Shown: in pieces, positions 12,795 through 28,015 of the stretch
Numbering within the stretch: position 1 is the first letter of the stretch
Layout of the letters: every line of letters starts with the position of its first letter
Assembly: GCF_009834535.1 (NCBI RefSeq)
Contig: NC_045696.1
Span: 77,316,001-77,380,000, forward strand
Direction of reading: 5' to 3'
DNA length: 64,000 nt
Source of the DNA: Camelus ferus
Lineage: Eukaryota
Program-made: the position numbers and the translations under genes
Notes under the pieces: generated by a model
Told to the model about the DNA's origin: nothing
What the model saw: only the letters and a program-made list of their open reading frames with translations
The model's database searches: none

Positions 12795-14813
12795 ACAAGC
12801 TGACATGGCACTGTTGTATATCCCAGCCACTCTATGTGAGTTTTATGAAGCTGTATTTGAAGTCTCTACCTCACTGTAGTATATGCAGACAAGACTGCAC
12901 TCTCATACAGATTTGTGGACTAAGTTGTGGGGTATGGATTTTGTTTCGGAGAGGGTGGCTCATAATAAACACATTGTAGCAGAAAAAATTAAATAATAAA
13001 TTTTTTAAGTTCTACAGTGTAGAGCTGAAGTTTCTGAATACTTCTCTGATTTTTGTTTTAAGTTGTTATACTTCAAATATGGGTTTCATCTAATTCTGAA
13101 TTTATCTAAACACATGAGATTTTCCTCTGCTGAGGACATCCTGATAATTCAGGTATATAACTCCCTTTGTCTTCAGATGGTTCTCTTGATTGGATGTACT
13201 GACTATGCTATTGCGCCCTGCTATGGGGCTCTGGAGTAAGAGTTCAGGAAGCAAGATTTCTCTCTTCTTTCTGTATATTTGTTGAGAATAGTCTGATGTT
13301 CTAAAACAGAATATCCATCAGCAAGGAAAAAAATCATTGAAACGTTGGAGAATTCTTAACATTTGGAAAGGAGTCTAAGGAAAAGAATGCAAATCTCCTT
13401 TTAATATTCAGACAACTTCTTAGCCAGAAATAAGAGAGTTGTATAAAAAGACAATAATGGATAATAGCATAATATATTCTAAAATACATTATCTCAGAGA
13501 CCAAACAAGTTGCATAAACAAACAGATTTCATAAGTACTTATTCAAGGGAGTTAAATTTGGGCTTCTACATATTATCTAAATCATTTGGTGACTAATTCA
13601 ATTAAGATGAAAACATTTCAAAACATTTTTATTCCCAATAAAAATACCCTGTTCTCTCCCAAGATTTTATATATATTTATGTCATCACTAATATTCTTAA
13701 ACAGTTTTATTGTGTATTTCCTTCATATTTACTTGATAGCAAATCTACCAGGAATTTCCATGATTGAGTTTTATCTTGCAAAATACACTGTTAATTTGTG
13801 CTAACTCAGAAATAAGCGAATGAGTGACACAGGAATATGCCTTTGCAGGTAGAAAGCAATATTGTTACTTTCTCCCAAAAGAACTCCCAGAAATGGCTAA
13901 ATAATTAAAATGAAAAGATAAGGAATGCACACACCTGTTGTAAGTAATTTGCCAAGTGAGTTTTATTATCAAAAGCTGTTTTCTTGGAGTTAACACAAAG
14001 AAAACAGATTGTTTTTGAAGATAAGATCTCGATAAGTGGTCAAGAAACCAAATATAAGAACAATATATTGTTTTATAGATCTGCTAGAATGTTTTTTAGG
14101 TTCAGGCGACAAAAAACTTCTTTGATTCTTCTCCTCCTTCTAGAAATATAGAGAAAATAATTTTTTTTACTTTCTATTATTTTTTCTCTATTAACATCTC
14201 AATCAAATGAGCCATGAGAGTATTAACTTATTATCTTTTGAAGACCTGATAGTTCATTCGAGAAAACATAAGCCTAATAATAAACTCTAAAGGCTGAAGG
14301 AATTTAGGACGTTTTCAAATGCTTTCCAGGCCTAAATTCTACTAACTAATTCATGTTTATTAACAGGCTTTGATAATAATAATAATTCAAAAATATGAAA
14401 GGACTAATTTTTCATTGACTTGCTTTATTTTTCTTAGTTATATATATCACATATATACATAATTTGTATATGTATACATAATGTGTCTATACATGATATA
14501 TGTTATATAATAACATTATTTAGCTTATATTAGAATATTGTTATATAATACATACATATTTATATACATATGCTTACCTATGTACATATATAATTCTAAA
14601 TAATATTACTAACTGTAAAAAATTATACATCATGTTTCTTGAAAAATAAAGCAGTTCAGATCACTGGGGTTGCTAATGCTTCAGAGCTGTTGTGGCTGTG
14701 GTTATCAATTTGCACTGAAATCTCATGAAAGACACAGAACCCCAGCATAAAAAGAAAGGCCAAATATGGGGTCCTTCTTTCTCCCTACTGTTCATCTACT
14801 CAGACTATGCTTC

Positions 14814-15151
14814 TGCCGACCAAAAGCAAATAGACTGCCAGATATTTCTCCAGCAAAAATGGGTTTATTTGGGAGCAGCAGAGAGTTACAATTTAGGATC
14901 TGCAACCATGACAAGCTACGTGCAAATACGTGTACGTCAAGGGAAGGAGGAGACTTTACTGGAGAGGAAAAGGAAGTTGGGAGGACAATAGTAAACAAAG
15001 AGTTAGTGATTTTTCATTGGCAGAGTCCTTGCTGGGGAAAAGAAATCTTTCTTCTTCCTGTTGGGGTCTGCTATGCCCCAAGGCATGGAAGTTCCCCTTC
15101 TGGTCATCCAATTCTATTTAATATGAGTTTTCTGTTTATTAATTTTTTGCA
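14814..15151 (-). mobile_element. Solo ERV1-type LTR, 338 bp
   Basis: TG...CA ends, near-match 4-bp target duplication cttc/ctcc, and AATAAA on the minus strand at ~14864. Confidence 0.75.
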
Positions 15152-17235
15152 CTCCCTTTCTCCTGCCTTCAGCTACTACCAACAGTAGATAAGAGATTCA
15201 ATTTTTTTTTTCTCCTATTGCCCTGCTCAAAAGTGGGTGGAGACAGTATGGAGAGGGTACAAGTCCCCCCCCCCCAACTGCCTTTTTAATTTATGATACA
15301 CAGTAACTGCCTCCTCCCCTAACGTACCCACAAATGCACAGGAGCTTCTTTCTCAGAAGAAAAAGAAACAAAATAAAACAATATCAGAAATGTGATAAAA
15401 CATGAACTTTTGTAGTACATGGGAGAAGACTAAATAAAATTTGAAATATGACATAGTTTCTTTGTTCTTCTGCAACATCAGAACTGGATTTTATAGTTGT
15501 TACTCAGCTAGGAAGGGAAACACCAAGATAATTCAGGTATAATTGACCTTGGCAGATTGTGGGCTGCTTCCCCATCTCCCCAGCCCTTTGAGTAGCTCTG
15601 TATGCTACCTCCACCTAATTACCACCATGCCTAGTCCTGTAACAACACCCTCCCCTTCCCTGCTCCTCCTCTGAGTAGGCAGGCAGTTTTTTAACTCCTG
15701 GAAACGGTACTCACTTCCCCAGTAGGAATTGCCTTTCTTTGGTATCTTTACCGAGTTGGATATGTCTTCATAGAACTGCCTACTATATATTCAAAGAGAA
15801 AATGTGTGAAGATTTTTCACCTATGGCATATCACCAGGTTGAGAATTCATTTCTTGGGCATGGTTTGTTCATGTTTGTAGCTCTATTACATAGCGTAGTA
15901 CTTCTGGTCTTTTTTAATGACTCTTTTCCCAGCCTATTTAACATGTACCTGTGAAAACAATGTAGGTCTCAATATGTTAAAATGATCCAACTACAAATAA
16001 AATTCAGTTAAAAAATTTTATAATTGCACTTCAATATGAGTTGGCACTGGGTGATAAATTCTTATTATCAAAAACAAAACAAAAACAAAGCTAATTAAGT
16101 AATGACAAATGAATTAATAAACTAAGAATACCCATTAACCTAATACCCTTCCATTGTATAGTTTCACTTAAGAATGTACTATTAATTAAACACGGACCTA
16201 GTGTCTGGTTGATTTCATATTTTCATGCAAAATATAATATGTAGATACATTCAGTCAAAAAGTATATATAATATTTTAATATGTGATAGAGAATTATTAA
16301 TTTTAATATTAAATTGATTATTTAAATAATTTTATATTTGTTTTAAATTATTATAAACAATCTAATTATTTAAATAGCAAATATCTATTTTGATTAATAT
16401 TTCTTAAGGGACATTTTAGGTTAATAAATATTAAAAATGACTATGAGGATAATCTGAATAAATCTTAAAAGCCTTTAGATAATTTAGCTTTTGAAAGTGT
16501 ATCTCTCCTAACTCATTTCAAAAGAGGAAAAGGACATCAGGTTTGTCTTAGAAAAAGCATTATTATTCAAACAGAATGAAACACAGTTCTTCACCTGAAA
16601 CTCCAACTTTTCACTTTATGCAGAGGTAGCTATTGAATCTCCACAACCCATTTAGTAAAAATAAGATTATATTAAGCACTGTTGAAGTTAATTGCCCTCA
16701 CCCACTGCACACAGAAAACTAGGGGATTTAATTAGCACTAATACTCTTGATTGCAGAATGAGAGAGGCAAAGGAGTATTTATTGTTTTCTGCCAGGTGCT
16801 CACATCTATCTTTTTATCTCCTCAAAACAAGTTTGCAAAGTACATATTACTTTATACATAAAAATAAAACATCTGAGATTCAGAAGGAATGTGTGATTTG
16901 CCTGATGTCTTAAAGCTGTTAAATAGCAAACCTATTATCAAATCTGTGTCTGCCTAGCTGTCAACCCTGACTCATTGCCTGATGTACTCTCTCATTCCTA
17001 ATGCAGTTAATCATGTACTATCTTGAAATCTTATTTAACTTTCTTGTGCAGGTTGACCTTTCAAGTGATCTATAAGATCCTCAATGCATGGAGCATGGGA
17101 TTCCAAAGGAATGAACTTTGAAGTACAGGGTTTGAATTTTAATTGTCAGTTACTGGCAAGTAGCAAATCTCTATAAGCCTCATTTTACTGATGCATACAG
17201 TGGGACTATGATATTATTCTGATGAATTTGAGTTC

Positions 17236-17438
17236 AATTGGTCCTCCCTCTCTGTGGCTCTGCATCTACAGATTCAACCAACCTCTGACTGAATTGGTTG
17301 AATCCCCAGATTCAGAACCCATTGTTATAAAGTGTCAACTGTATTGCATCATTTAATTTAAGGGACTTGAACATCCAGGATTTTGGTATCCGAGAGGGTC
17401 CTGGAACCAATCTCATGTGGATACAGAGGGAAGTGTAT
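17236..17438 (+). mobile_element. MER2/Tigger-type DNA transposon next to a MIR fragment (17090-17235)
   Basis: tctgcatctacagattcaaccaacc...agggacttgaacatccaggattttggtatcc..gtcctggaaccaatc. Confidence 0.8.
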
Positions 17439-17569
17439 TAGTGAACGTGAGTATTTAACTTCATATTTAACAGATACTTACTGCCAGTATAGACCGACTC
17501 CATTCTTATTTCTTATTTTATTTTGTATTTTATTTTATTTGTTGCTCATTGAATCTATTCCCTGACCCA

Positions 17570-18560
17570 GGGTTTATTCCACTTCTCTTCTAGAACTCTA
17601 TAGCTTCCCTAGCTGTTTGCTCTTACCTGCAGTTTCATAGCTTTAAATACATTTCCAGATTCTTTGATTTTTAGACTCCATGTAATTGACTACCTACTTG
17701 AAATTGCCACTTGATTATCTGGTTGATATCAAAACAATACATCTGACATAGAACTTCATTTCTGAGTCTATAACTTAATTCTACCAATATATAATATATA
17801 ATACATAATATGTAATATATAATAGCAAGTCTTATTTGCCTACTGGCAAAGTTTCTATCTCACTTAATCCACTTCTCTCTATTTCTTTTATTAGAATGGA
17901 TCATCTCTGATCTGTATGACCATAATAGCTTCCTAACAAGTTTGCTCCTTCTACTGCACACTTGTCCCCAGTTGCCTCTACACAAAAGCCAGAAGGTTAA
18001 ACATGTATAGTACATGATCTCACTCTGGTGGCTTCTCATTGCAAGAAGAAACATCCAGACTTCTTAACCTGCTCTCCCAGTCTCTTCATGACATGGTTTC
18101 TGCCTAATTTCCTTCTTACTATGTTTCACCCACACTGTTTTGGGGAAAGTTCCTTGAGTAACCAAACTCATTTTTGCGTTCAGAATTTGACACTTGCTAT
18201 ATCTTTAACTTGAACACTCTCCAGGAGTTCTCTCCAGCACTTTATAGAACAAGGTTTCTTCTTACACTGTAGGTCTCAAATCCATATTAACTGTTTAGTG
18301 AGTCCCTTCTCCATGTTGCCACCCAATGTGTGGCTTACCTGAGACCACTGCAACAGCACACTGCTTTATTTCCTTCATAACACTTATTGACATTGGGTTA
18401 TCCATTTTCTGCTTGTATGTTATTTGAATATACTGTAGCATATAGTTTATGAGGGGAAAGATCTTTTATGTCTTCATTGCCATGTTGCCAAGTGTCTAGA
18501 ACATTGCCTGGTACATTCTGGCTCTCAATGAATAATTATTGAATGAACAAATGAATAGAT
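17570..18560 (-). mobile_element. L2 LINE 3' region
   Basis: Ends with ctagaacattgcctggtacat..ctcaatgaataattattgaatgaacaaatgaat, the L2 tail. Confidence 0.8.
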
Positions 18561-19904
18561 AAAGAGATAGTATATCCATTCATAGATGATGAAAAAGGCC
18601 TGAGGGAGTGTAAAAAACACAATCAGCAAAAATAGGAATAAATAGAAATCAGCTAATGGAAATAGGTGCCTACAAACTTTATGTAGAATATATGTATCAA
18701 TAGTTGACATACAATCTTAGATTTAAAAATACACCCTCAAGAATTCTTCAGAGTAGTTATTTTCCAATTATCAAGACATTTTTGAGGATTGGTGGCTTCA
18801 ACTTGTACTGAAGTGTGTGAATTAGCTAGTCTTTCACTCATATTGCTACTCAAGCAGTCATGAAATTAAATGAGATACACTATTTCCTTCCACAAAATGT
18901 CAATATGAAATTCAAACCTATCATCAAATGTGGCTAAATTATTCTTTATAGTATTGTATTAACTGAAGATATGGTAATCAAGCACCATCAAAACAGCCAT
19001 CACGATATCTCATTATTTTATCACGTATACTTGTCTCAACTGGAATGGGTACAGCTGGGGTCTCTACCTCTCTCAGCTTCAAGAGTATCTTGTATTCTCT
19101 ATTGTCTGGAGGTGTGTGATGAGACAGCTCTGGCAATGACTGTAGTAGAGTTTCATCTTTACTATAGCACATTAATTAGCCTGTTTTGTTTTTCTTCCCC
19201 CAGCTATGCTTGCAAAAATTCCTACCCAACAATCACACATCAAATGTGGTTGTTTTGACTGGCATAATTTATTTTCATGTTGTATTTCATGTAGGGAAAG
19301 CACAGGAAAGAGAAATCTATCATGATCCATGAAGAAGCATACCATTAAGATTACAGGATTGAACAGAGGCAGATTTTTGAGGTTAAAGCATTTCTTTCCT
19401 CTGGAAAAAAAAAAAAAAACAGAAAGAAAGAAAGCCTTCAAATGACAGACTGAGGCAGAATGGAAGTTGAGTTAGTATCTAAAACTGACTTTGATTCGGT
19501 CTGGTTATTCAGTAACTACTATATTGCTTAAAGGAACTCCCCCAAATAGTTGTACAGTTTGACATAAATTCTGATCAAGCCAAAGAGAAGAATGGAGAGA
19601 GTTGGCATATCTTCCGGTATTAATTCTTGGAGCTTTGCCTTACTGTGCTATCCCCAACTGGAATCAGTCTCCTTCTCTGTGAACTCCAGTGACAATTAGT
19701 TTGTATCTTTCTATAGTACAAGTTATTGCAGTTCAAACTGTGGTATGGTCAGTTGTATCCACGTCTTCTGTCTCACACTAGCTTATAACCCCCTCAAGGG
19801 AAGGATCTGAGATTGTTTTCTAATTCTCATGGATGCTAATAATATACCATAGCTCTGGGCATTCAAAGTTTGTTAGTAACAATAACTAACATTGCTCTTT
19901 TTAA

Positions 19905-20268
19905 ATTTTTTTTTAGTTGAAGTACTGTCAGTTTACAATGTTATGTCCATTTCTGGTGTAAAGCATAATGCTTCAGTCATACATATACATACATATATCT
20001 GGTTTCACATTCTTTTTCATTAAATGCTACTACAAGATACTGAATATATTTCCCTGTGCTATACAGTATAAACTTGTCGTTTATCTGTTTTATATGAAGT
20101 ACTTAGTATCTGCAAATCTCAAACTCCCAATTTATCCCTTCCCATCCCCTTTCTCCCCAGTAACCATAAGCTTGTTTTCTATGTCTGTGAGTCTGTTTCT
20201 GTTTTTTAAATAAATTCATTTGTGTCTTTTTTTTTAGATTCCACATATAAATGATATCATATGGTATA
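19905..20268 (-). mobile_element. Young 5'-truncated L1 3' end (camelid-type)
   Basis: Poly-T followed by agttgaagtactgtcagtttacaatgtt. Target duplication tgctctttttaa at ~19893 and ~20273. Confidence 0.9.
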
Positions 20269-20334
20269 AAACTGCTCTTTTTAAGTGTTCATGAGACATT
20301 TGTTAAGTCAATTACAAGAATTATCTGTTGGCTG

Positions 20335-20410
20335 AAAAAAAAAAGAGAGGAAGGAAGGTAAGAAGGAATAAAGAAAGGAAGGAAGGAGATGAAAGAGAAA
20401 GAGAAAACTC
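20335..20410. repeat. GA-rich (GGAA)n low-complexity tract
   Basis: Seen directly. Confidence 0.8.
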
Positions 20411-22999
20411 CTGGTTAGAGTCACTTTTCAGACAGGAAGGCTTTGATCTAAGTTTAGCTAAGAGGTAAGTTTCTCCCTCATATTTTCAAACCTTTAATTT
20501 ATTTTAAGTTCACTGAAGGCAGGAACGCTGAACATCCAGACACCAAGTAACAGCTTTCATCAACAGGGTGACAGCTTGCTGCTAATGTTTAGGCAATTAA
20601 AAAATCTAACTGGGAGGCAGTGCTTTTGCCAACATAAAAGTCTTCTGCCTTGGTAACTCTGCCACACATTCCAATCCCCTGACATGTGTCCCATTGATCT
20701 CTTAAGAGAGTAGCAATTAATTCCAGGTGTCTCTTTGGGCAAAGCATATTCCTGGCTCATTTGTAAAATTGCATGTTTTCTAACAAGTCTCTTTGCTTTC
20801 CACATTCAAAGGAAGTGCATTTACCTCTTAATGATGCAGTGTGCTCTGAAACCAAGTTTTTTCTAGCAAATATTTGCTACAACTCTCCAGGGTCTCTCAG
20901 GGCTTGCCTGTGTGACCTTGGACAAGTCTTTAAGCCTCAATTTTCTCTCTTTTAAGTGTGAATAATGATCTTGCCGCTAAGTTCCTTACCAGGATACTGG
21001 TGAAGGGAAAGAGAAAGAAATGAAATAAAATACTGCAAAAGTCAGCAATATAGATGTAAGGACTGAGAAGAAAGAAGTGTCAGACAGGTAGGCTCCCTCA
21101 GGAATACTGCATCTTATTGACAAATACTCAGTATTGTAGCATGTGCAGAGCTTTGCCTTAAATTGTTTGGAGGGAAGACAGGAATAAAGCATCTAAGAGA
21201 AAATATAAGAAAATAGAGTACAAGAAAAAAGGAAATAAAAATACTTACATTATTTATCCCAACTCAAGATTAGCGGTAAAGTAAGAAATTGGCGTATCTT
21301 TAATCTGGGCTATAGCAAAGCACAAAAGGAATTCAGAGCAATTCAGTTTAAAAAGAGAAAAAGGAAGGAAGGATAATGGAGGAAGGAAGAAATTCTAGGG
21401 TTGCTTTTATTTCTTTGTTTTCCTATCATAATTTTTATATAGTAATTATTACCAAGAGTAATTATTTAGCTAACAGAAAAGAAGCAAAAGAAGAAAAAGT
21501 ATTCCTCAGTTGTCAATTAGCTTTGATGACAAGAATGTAGATTTCTACCTTATATATTTTCTCTAATGTATTTTCTGTTGATTATCTGAAAAAGCTCTTG
21601 TATCATGTCTTGTTCAATCTGGACCCACAGAAAGTAATACATCTTTGACTATTTTCCTAAGTAATAAGAGTTTCTAGGAATTAGAAGCTGTCATAACATA
21701 TAAAGAATTTTCGCCCTTGGAATCAGAAAGACAGTCTCTGTTTTAATGCCTGGAAAGTGACCCTAAACTACTCAATTTACCTCAAAATTTAATTGTTGAT
21801 GTTTCTAGTTAGATTTACTAGATTTATTAGTAGACAGTTAGGAGACTTACTGGTTGGACAGGTAGGAGAGCAACACAGTTGCAGTAAGAAAGAATCCTTC
21901 TAAATTCTTAACTTCTAAGATATATTATTTTAGTACAAGAAGGTAATTTATCTTCATCTTCAGTAATTTGTTTCATTTCACATGTTTTGTAATGATTCTG
22001 ATTTTAGGAAATATTAATTACAAAAATGAAACTTGGTATTGGATTTAATGAGATTTCTTAAAGTGACTTTTTTTCTACTAATGAGTTATGGGCAAATTAT
22101 ATTCCCCCAATGGCAGTGTTTTCCAGTTTATCAGTGCAAGTATTTGTATGACTTCAAAGGAAAAAAAAATAGACCTTCAATTAATAAAATAAGTCTGTGC
22201 CACTAAAAATCAATAGTTTCTTAGGAAATTTTTGTAACCAATAGAACAAAAAATGGATTAATAAGAGTAAGGATGCTCAGAAAGAAATTTTAAAAGATAA
22301 ATTAAGCATGTTTATAATGGTAAATTCAAACTAAGGACCTGGTTAATCTTAATTCAACCATTTAAAGCATATTTTTAGAGTAAAAATAATCCATATAGTC
22401 TATTTTCCTAGACCAGGTGCTATATTCTGGGACTTCATAACTCCTGTTCTCCCAGGTCTTGGCTGAATAGTGTTTCCTGTGCTTTCAGAAATCAAATTCT
22501 GCTTAGATCAAGATTAAAAAGATTGTACTTTGCTTATGATTACCTTTTACATTTCAGTTTATCTCTTTAAAGGAAAATGACACATCTTTTTTGGTCTCAG
22601 GCTACATCAAAGCTAACGATTTTCCACCTCAGGGCAGGGTGAGATCCATCTTAGAAGGCAAGTGATATGACAGAAGAAAAGGTGACCCCTTGAGCATGAA
22701 TTTTTAAGCAGTCTAGTTTAGAAGGATGCTAATGGGATAAAAAGATTGAAAAACCCCTGAAGTTAAGTTCAGAAAGAAGATAAAAAGATATTCTTAAAAT
22801 CAACGCTTTCTTCAAGTAATATAAAAGAGAATATTAACTTCAATTATTGTATAGTATTAAAATAGTAAATATATATTGTAAGTTATTCATCCTTTCTGGG
22901 AAATAGGGTGTTATAATAAGTAGGGCAGTAGTGAAATTAACTCTATTGTATGTTCTATTCTTCATTCATTTGACGATTATCTATCAGGTGTGTACTGTA

Positions 23000-23235
23000 A
23001 GAATAATAGCTAGTATTTATTGTGTGCTTACAATAAATTGTTCTAAGTAAATTTTTATGAATTGAATCATTCTGTCCTCTTAACACTCTGTAAGATCAGT
23101 ATGTTTTTAACAACTTTTTTTTTTTTAGATAAGGAAACCGAAGCAGAAGGAAATAATTAGTTTAAATCACATATATAGTTAATAATGGGACCTTAATTCT
23201 GAGGAGTCTGGCTCCAAAGTCCACCACATCTTTAT
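23000..23235 (-). mobile_element. MIR SINE
   Basis: ataatagctagtatttattgtgtgctta...ttttagataaggaaaccgaagcaga...gtctggctccaaagtcc. Confidence 0.75.
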
Positions 23236-24227
23236 TATATAGAAATAATGATAGAGTATATACTTCCTCTGCTTTCAAAGAGCCTTAGCTCTAGAAAGGG
23301 GTTAAAGGGGTTTGCAAATGTACAATAGCCAGTAAAAAGTCTCACGGGATTCAGAAGAGGGGGCAGCAAGGGGATGTCAAAGACAATGTTGCCTTCAAGG
23401 GGCTCCCATTCTCCCCAAAGATAGGAAAGGGAATGTCAGTAAATGCAGATACGTAAACAATTGAGCTCATAGAAAGTGTTAGATATTACGTTAGCATTAT
23501 GTAGCAATCACAGTGGAAGCACAGGAGAGACGGTAACCAGTCTCACAGCAGGTGTAGAGATGAGTAGAAAAAGGTTTTCTGAGCCTTGAGAGAGGTGGAT
23601 GATTCCCAAATAACTGAGGGCACAAGGCAAAAGGAAAAGCCAAGAAAAGTGTGTACAAAGAAGAAACAAACAAGTTGGATGGAGCATGAGAGGGCTAGGC
23701 GTATGTGAGAATGGCAGGACTTCAATTTGCTGGAGCATAAAAGTTGGGGTGGAATCTATTTCAATGGAAAACCTCCACCTGTAGAAAGAAGATTGTTAAG
23801 GGAAACGAATAGATAAAATGCTGTTTACTTTTTCACCACGAAAATCCCCAGCCAATCACAAGCTCTTTTTATAAAAAGAAATAAGGGGTTTGTCAAAATA
23901 TGAGTCCTTAGTAATAGAGACTACTATGGAATCACCTTCTCTAATATATAATCTATTCATTCATTCACTCTTTTAGCCATTTAGTCTTTCCAAACTACTT
24001 GAGATCACCCATTATGCTCAAGGCAGTGTGCAAGGAACTTTAAAGGATATAAAGGTGAATGATGAATAAATAGGATCTGTCCTATGTCTATGTCTTAAAG
24101 CCTTGTAGACACTTGTAAAGCCTTGTGGCATCCTGGCTCACATCCATTCTGATTGGCTGGTGCCTAGGCAGAACTAGTTGTTAAGAATTTTGAATACTGG
24201 TGCTGCTCACAAGTAAATTGGCTTATA

Positions 24228-24624
24228 CAGTGGTGTACTGAAGCCTGTCCATAGAATGTCATAATGGCCCATGGACATTTTTAAGATTTATGTGAGTCAG
24301 TTGTTGAACATAGCCATTATTCAAAATTAGAAATTTATAATTAAATAAATTATATTAAAAAGAAAATAGATGCTCAAAATTAATTACTTTTAAAAATATG
24401 TTTTGCTATTTTCTATGCTCTTGAAGTAATAGTTGTATCTGTATTTTGGAAATATTATATAGTGATGTGCTACTTTCTATGCCTCTCTTCCCAACTTTGT
24501 GTTTAGTGATCAGATGGATACCTGAAAATAACCGTGGTAGTTCTATTTACGTCATGGAGATAATCAAATCTATAAATGAGATTTTTTTCCCTCCCAGGGA
24601 TCTGGTTACTAAGTACATCACTGC
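24228..24624 (+). mobile_element. MER63-like hAT DNA transposon
   Basis: Inverted termini cagtggtgtact / agtacatcactg and MER63-like interior. Confidence 0.7.
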
Positions 24625-24805
24625 TCATTCATAAAATAGCAGTGTGAAGAGTATCACCATGTGTTCTTGCCAGGTTGAATTGAAGTTATCAGTACCCCAG
24701 CCCATCTGCAGAAATCAGAAGCTCAATCTCCCTGTCCATTTACTAGTAATTTCAGCAAGTCCAGGGCAACCTCTAATGCCTACCACATATTTGGGGTTTT
24801 CTGGC

Positions 24806-24996
24806 ACAGTGATTCTCAATCCTGGCTGCACAGTGTAGTCAACCAAAGAGCTTAAAAAAAATTCCTGTGCCTGGATCTATCTCTGAGCATTTGAATCAGA
24901 TCATCTACCAATAACAACTGGGCATCCATGTTTTTCAAAAAAATATATATTCCCAAAGTAATTGTAGTTGTGCAGCCAAGGCTGAGAAAGTGCTCC
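24806..24996. mobile_element. MER5-type hAT element
   Basis: cagtgattctcaatcctggctgcaca ... tgtgcagccaaggctgagaaagtgctc inverted arms. Confidence 0.8.
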
Positions 24997-27881
24997 AGAT
25001 CTTACAAGTAATGTGGAGTGAGTCATCTGTGGCTAGGAGAGAATATATTTCATCCCCCACAAAGGAAGCTCAGGGGAAAAGCAGAGAGCTGTAAGAAACT
25101 GGACCAGAAGCCATGCTTAAAAAGCAGTAGTAAAACCAGGGTTTTCTGCTGACCGTACTGTCATCATCTTTTTCCCCAGCCAGGAAAAATGCTGTTTTAC
25201 AATAGATCTTTGTTCAGTTAGTGCCCACTGATGCCTCCCTAGGATGTAGGTTAAGTTAGGACAACTAGGTGACAACATAGAGAGCAACCATTTATACTTG
25301 GAAGCCAAAGATAATGACCATCTCTATACTGTCTATAAAGGCACCTGCCACCCAACGTTCCCTCAGGGTCAACTTGATTGACTCTTTTTGTGTGTGTGCT
25401 AATGATGTGTCCTCCACCTCTCTCATAGTGCTTATCATGTTATGTCAGGTTTTTTTCTGTTATATGGTGAGTTCTTTGAGAAAGATCACTGTGTACTGTT
25501 TATTCCTACATCCCCACAACCTGGAATAGTGCTTTGACATATATCTGGCATCAAATAAATGTGTGTTAAGTTGAATCAAACTGAACTGATATTCCCATAG
25601 ATAGAGAGTTTCAGTGTTTGGCACATCATAGGCACAATCAGATTTTAAGTGAGTATTTCATGTATAATTACTTGTATTTTTAACAATATTATCTAAGCTG
25701 GAAAAGAATCATTGGAAACAGTAGGCTGCTTTAATGAGAAAGGGGCAATTCAGGCTAAAGAAATTATTTAATGGATTTTGCTGATAACATTAAGGGCTGG
25801 CAATTTCATTTCATAATTATATGATGCTTAGAAGAGAGTTAAATAAATACAGAGAATCATAATATTAGGCTGCAGAAGAAAATGAACCAACTAAGAATCT
25901 AAAAGAGAAATGTATGTAATTATGTTTTTAAAAAGAATGTAGTATGTTGAGAATCAAACCAAAGAAATGAAAAGCTCACTACCAATTAGTAATACAACTC
26001 AATGTTCTGCAATAGACTAGCTACTAAAGTACTTTGGGGTTAAAGGTAGGTGACCCTTAGAATGAGTTAGCAATATAATTATGTAATATAAATTAATTGC
26101 AGAAAGTGAAAGTAGAACCTAGGGAAGAGGATGTAATCCGAACAGTATATTAAGATGCTACACGTAAAACTCAAAATTACATGAAGACTAAAGGCTAATA
26201 TATTTGAGCCACAGTTGTTGATCTCTCCAAGGTTTAAGAAGCTTTTCATTGAAAGTAAAAGAAAACCATGGCATAATCAACATACTTCTTGAATATCTGG
26301 GCCAATCCTAACTCAGGGGTTGTAAATTATTTACAGCAAGTGAGGCAAGGTATGGCTAGACCCCTCCAGAATATTGCTACTCATCGTTCTCTAAAGTTTT
26401 AGTCATGTATTTCCCCAGAATTTCTGTTGAAGCCCAGTCATTCCAATTCACATCAGCATGACCTTTGCTGAAGACATGTGTTAGTACTACTGCACTAACA
26501 GTAAGACACAGTCACAAAATAACTTTATGACACACAGAGTGCTTGAATTTGGTCTTTATAATCACTCTAAATGAAGAAGTTGATACTCAGAGACATTTGG
26601 TCAATTACCTAGGGTCAATCAGTCAATTATTTGATAGATATAAATAGATAAACATGTTTTTAGTCAACTTTTGTATAAGTAAAATCTCAAATATTCATAT
26701 ATTCGTCTATTGTAGACATTAAATCTTAACTTGAGCTATCAACTTGATAAAAGAAAAAAAAATCAGCCAATATACTGTACCACTAATTACTGGTAAATGA
26801 CATTCACTGAAAGGATGGGTTATTCATAAACAGTAGTCCCATCTTTGCAAGTTACATGTTGTACTTTGAAACTTACTGAGTTTCTCAATAAAAATGTATT
26901 GAGGGAACCTAGTGATTTGCTAGTTTTTTGGGAGGACCGAAATATAATTTATCCTCAAAGAATATGATTTAGCAGATTCAAAATAATAAATATATTAAAA
27001 TTGTTCAACTCAAGGTGGCATGAGCTAAGAACCAAAATAAATAATTCAGGCAAAAATATCATAGTGTTGATAGAAGACTGCATTCTTTTTCTGTCAGGCC
27101 ATTGAAAGAAGATATTCTCGTATATGCGTTTATCTAGGATGATGGCTTTTTTTTTTTTTTCACCAGATTACATCATGCATAAAGTGTATAGAAATTCCAG
27201 AAAGCCACCTGTAACTCATCTCTCTCTTATCCCTCCCATGATTCTCTGTACACAAGGGCACCAGGATTCCATCACTGGGAACCACTGCCTTAGGTGTCTA
27301 GTTGGGTATAATGAAAGGTTTTGGAAGGTTTAATAAAGTAGACAGGCTTTATCCTGTATAGGATTTAGATGAATTAGAAACAGTGGGTGAGATGTTCTGC
27401 ATACAAGTTCAGCTTTGACAAAATTATATGAATAGTGAGGGTAAGTGCTAATTTGCCCAATATTGATGTCTTACAGGATGACCTCCCAAAGGGATAGAGA
27501 TGACCTCATAAAGTGAAGAATCTTTTGTGAGTTGGAAACATGCCATGGAAAATATACAAGTAAGTATATAAGGCAGTCAACTGAGTAAAATATTGAGGGA
27601 TCAGCTCAGTCCTAGAAACCACTCATAAGTCGTACCGTATAGCCATAGTCATGAAGCTTGGGCTGAAGACTTTGATCAAGCCAGAGAAGGGATTGTTACC
27701 CCAGCCACGAATGATTCGTTGGCAGAATAGTTATGGAAGTCTTGAATTGTCATAAGAGGATTTCTCTCTCACTCCTGATCACATCAGGGAAGGAGCTGAT
27801 TCTTCCCTCATATTGTAAATTATATGACTCTGACACTCAGCCTGGCTGAATCATCATATACTGCCATAGAAAGCAGTAAGC

Positions 27882-28015
27882 AACACATCTTGTAGTAATC
27901 TATGGTGAAGAAGAATGTGAGACTGAATGTGTGTATGCTCCTATATGACTGAAGTCTTGTGCTGTACCCCAGAAACTGATACATTTCAAACTGACTGTAC
28001 TTCAAAAGAAATATT
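27882..28015 (+). mobile_element. Short young L1 3' end (camelid-type)
   Basis: atcttgtagtaatctatggtgaag...tgctgtaccccagaaactgatacatttcaaactgactgtacttca; same family as the copies at 19905 and 38830. Confidence 0.8.

Noticed and set aside
12467..12979. 99-114 aa overlapping ORFs
   Set aside because: They are driven by a CA repeat and a pyrimidine tract, with no convincing exon structure.
14725..15188. Longest ORF (140 aa) and overlapping ORFs
   Set aside because: They lie over a solo LTR and show no protein features.
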